Of a DNA stretch of 64,000 nucleotides, positions 61,745 through 64,000 are shown one piece after another. The notes beneath the pieces are model-generated. The model saw only the letters and a list, made by a program, of their open reading frames with translations. It searched no databases and was not told the DNA's origin. The position numbers and the translations under genes are program-made. Position 1 is the stretch's first letter, and each line of letters begins with the position of its first letter. Source of the DNA: Alphaproteobacteria bacterium (GTDB taxonomy: Bacteria > Pseudomonadota > Alphaproteobacteria > SP197); NCBI GenBank assembly GCA_964291265.2, contig OZ219747.1, positions 1,760,001-1,824,000 on the forward strand, written 5' to 3'.

Positions 61745-63030
61745 GGCGGCGAGACCCCGAGACTTTCGGCGACCCGGACCGCGCTGGCGAGGCCATCCTC
61801 GTGAAACCCGTTGCCGGTCCACGCGCCGCAGTACCATGTGCCCGCACGGCCCTGGATCGACGGCAACGCCGCCTGGGCGGCGATCGTTGCGAAATCGTAT
61901 TGCGGATGGTCAAATGAATGTTCGTCGAGGATTCGGGAGTCATCGACAGGCGTCGAAGGGTTGAGCGTTGCGAAGAGCGGTGTTGCACGCGGGATGCTCT
62001 GGAGCGAGTTCATCCAGTAGGTGACCGACGCGCGGTCCTCGTTGGTTCGCGATGTCGCCAGGTAGACCCAGCTCGACCAGCAGGCCCTGCGCCGCGGCAT
62101 CAGCCGGGCATCGGTATGGAGCACGATGCGGTTGCGCCGGAACGGAATGCACCCGAGAACGCTCCGTTCTTCCGGTTGGGCGTCCTTGAGAATGTCCAGC
62201 ACCGTGTCGGCATGACAGGCGAACACGACACCTTCGAAACGCTCCGGCTCCTCTCCGGCCGCCTTGACGTCGACCCGGTCCGGACCCCGAGTCACCGCTT
62301 CGACAGGCGTTCGCAGTCTCAGTTCGGCTTCCATGTCGGCCGCCATCCGCGTCACGTAGCTGCGCGACCCGCCGTCGACCGTCCACCAGCGATGCTGGCC
62401 GGTAAACGAGAGCAGGCCATGATGGGCGAAGAAGCGGGTGAGGACATGGGCTGGAAAATTCAGCATCCGGGAGCGCGGCGTCGACCAGATCGCACCGCTC
62501 ATCGGCAGGAGGTAGTAGCGCTCGAACCAGGTGCCGAGCCGCCGCTTGCGAATCAGCTCGCCCAGTGTCAGGTCGGGGTCACCGCTCGCATCCGCCAGCG
62601 CGGTCCGGTTGAAAACCGCGATGTCGCGGAACATGCGCCAGAAGCCCGGCTTCAACGCATTCGACGGCTGAGCCAGTGCCGCGGTGGCGTTGCGGCACCC
62701 GTACTCCATGGCGCCCCCGTCGACGGAGACGGCGAAGGACATGTCGCTCTCCCGCACCGGCACATCGAGACGCTCGAAGAGTTGGCAGAGACTGGGATAG
62801 TTGACCCGGTTGAAGACGATGAAGCCGGTGTCGACCGACACGTCGCGCCCCTTGGTCCTGACCGTGACGGTGCGGGCATGGCCGCCTGGGCGATCCGCGG
62901 ACTCGAAGAGCACGACATCGTGGGCGCGCGACAGCAACCACGCCGCACCGAGGCCCGATATTCCAGCTCCGATCACCGCAATCCTGCGCCGCCGAGCCCC
63001 ATTGTGTGCCGAATGTCCTGTTCGCTTCAT
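61735..63030 (-). CDS. FAD-dependent oxidoreductase (UfaD/amine oxidase-like)
   Basis: IGAGISGL, GGHA.T, VDTGFIVFN..NYP, TYWMN.LQ, GAW.G.GFHEDG; ATG 63030 just downstream of a sigmaE promoter. Confidence 0.93.
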   Translation of the reverse strand: MKRTGHSAHNGARRRRIAVIGAGISGLGAAWLLSRAHDVVLFESADRPGGHARTVTVRTKGRDVSVDTGFIVFNRVNYPSLCQLFERLDVPVRESDMSFAVSVDGGAMEYGCRNATAALAQPSNALKPGFWRMFRDIAVFNRTALADASGDPDLTLGELIRKRRLGTWFERYYLLPMSGAIWSTPRSRMLNFPAHVLTRFFAHHGLLSFTGQHRWWTVDGGSRSYVTRMAADMEAELRLRTPVEAVTRGPDRVDVKAAGEEPERFEGVVFACHADTVLDILKDAQPEERSVLGCIPFRRNRIVLHTDARLMPRRRACWSSWVYLATSRTNEDRASVTYWMNSLQSIPRATPLFATLNPSTPVDDSRILDEHSFDHPQYDFATIAAQAALPSIQGRAGTWYCGAWTGNGFHEDGLASAVRVAESLGVSPPWA

Positions 63031-63038
63031 GGTCTGCA

Positions 63039-63065
63039 ATACGCATCAACCGCCCGGGCGGATCA
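63039..63065 (-). promoter_or_regulatory. SigmaE (ECF11) promoter for the fatty-acid modification operon
   Basis: Minus strand TGATCC-N16-CGTAT. Confidence 0.8.
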
Positions 63066-63085
63066 CTGCAGGGGAGAGAAAATTG

Positions 63086-63112
63086 TGATCCGAAGCGGCG
63101 CAGGGACCGTAT
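63086..63112 (+). promoter_or_regulatory. SigmaE (ECF11) autoregulatory promoter of rpoE-chrR
   Basis: Plus strand TGATCC-N16-CGTAT, 8 nt before ATG 63121. Confidence 0.8.
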
Positions 63113-63120
63113 AGAGATCC

Positions 63121-63798
63121 ATGGCACGCGCCCCGAAGGTCATCGACTTCCCCAGGAGCCCGCCTTTGCGGGGTAACGCTGCATTGGCGCCCGGGCATGC
63201 GAAAGTGGATGCAGCGCTTGATGACGAGCGGATCACCGATCCGACCGACGCCATGTCGGCCTGCCTGGTTGCGGTCGCGGAGCGGGGAGACCGCGAAGCG
63301 TTCGCGGATCTGTTCCGCCATTTCGGCCCGCGGATCAAGGGCTGGCTGCTGCGCGGCGGCGGCGAACCGGGCAAGGTTGACGATGTGCTTCAGGAGATCT
63401 TCGCCACGGTCTGGTCCAGAGCGAAGCTCTATGACAGCCGGCGGGCGAGCGCAGCCACCTGGATTTTCACCATCGCACGCAACCGGCGCATCGATGCGTT
63501 CCGTCGCGACCGCCGGCCAGAATTCGATCCCGGCGATCCGGCCTTCATGGCCGAGCCCCTGCCCGACGGCGAACAGGCGCTCGCCGGACGGCAGCGCGTG
63601 GATGCTGTTCAGGCTGCACTCGCCGCCTTGAGCGAGGAACAGCGCGAAGTTCTGCGGTTGTCGTTCGTGGACGGCGAGAGCTATGCGGCGATCGCGATCC
63701 GGCTGGGCATTCCGCTCGGCACCGTCAAGTCGCGTGCACGCCTCGCGTTCGCTCGCCTGCGCGCCGAACTCGACTCGCGAAGGGAGGAGTTGCGATGA
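63121..63798 (+). CDS. rpoE: ECF sigma factor SigmaE (ChrR-associated)
   Basis: DREAFADLF.HF.PR.K, WIFTIARNRRID, PLGTVKSR; followed by chrR. Confidence 0.93.
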   Translation: MARAPKVIDFPRSPPLRGNAALAPGHAKVDAALDDERITDPTDAMSACLVAVAERGDREAFADLFRHFGPRIKGWLLRGGGEPGKVDDVLQEIFATVWSRAKLYDSRRASAATWIFTIARNRRIDAFRRDRRPEFDPGDPAFMAEPLPDGEQALAGRQRVDAVQAALAALSEEQREVLRLSFVDGESYAAIAIRLGIPLGTVKSRARLAFARLRAELDSRREELR

Positions 63799-64000
63799 GA
63801 ATCCGGCACCATGTCGGTGATGATCTGCTGCTCGCCTACGGGGCGGGCACCCTGGACGAGGCCATGTCGCTCATGGTCGCCACACACCTGGCGCTGTGCC
63901 CGCTCTGCCGGGCCGGTCTCGACCTGGCCGAGGCCATCGGCAGCGCCCTGATCGACAGTGCGCCGGCCGGGTCCGGGGTGGATGAGACCATGCTGGAAGC
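63795..64000 (+). CDS. chrR: Anti-sigma factor ChrR (partial, runs off the window)
   Basis: MRIRHHVGDDLLLAYGAGTLDEAMSLMVATHLALCPLC (HxxxCxxC zinc anti-sigma motif); ATGA overlap. Confidence 0.92.
   Translation, partial: MRIRHHVGDDLLLAYGAGTLDEAMSLMVATHLALCPLCRAGLDLAEAIGSALIDSAPAGSGVDETMLE

Overview
GC-rich chromosomal window from an alphaproteobacterium (Rhodospirillales/Rhodobacterales-like gene set). The heavy pseudogene load suggests a host-associated lifestyle, which is an inference. 1-11.5 kb is an accessory island. It opens with a minus-strand cassette (membrane protein, DNA methyltransferase fused to an HNH nuclease, Rap1a/Tai-like secreted immunity protein, small Zn-finger protein). 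Next come two coupled, catalytically intact tyrosine integrases bounded by imperfect inverted ends, a 5'-truncated Dam-type methylase overlapping an IS66 transposase, IS1634 and IS5 remnants, and decayed defence/TA genes (FitA-VapC, TIR-like, DUF499) around one intact MNT-HEPN pair. 11.6-47.5 kb is mostly core and metabolic genes: aspS, rnd, prpE, hldE, purEK, COQ9, def, rpsU, pntAA/AB/B, fdx, mnmA and a decaying polyamine-type ABC/catabolic operon. A small decayed IS1-like cargo islet at 25.3-27.2 kb carries a second, frameshifted copy of the Zn-finger gene. 48.8-56 kb is a type I secretion locus with two RTX proteins. 56.2-64 kb is a sigmaE-ChrR singlet-oxygen locus with divergent sigmaE promoters driving a furan/cyclopropane fatty-acid operon, which ends in what looks like a decayed photolyase gene. 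No rRNA, complete tRNA or CRISPR array was recognised. All calls come from motif recognition by eye; no searches were run.
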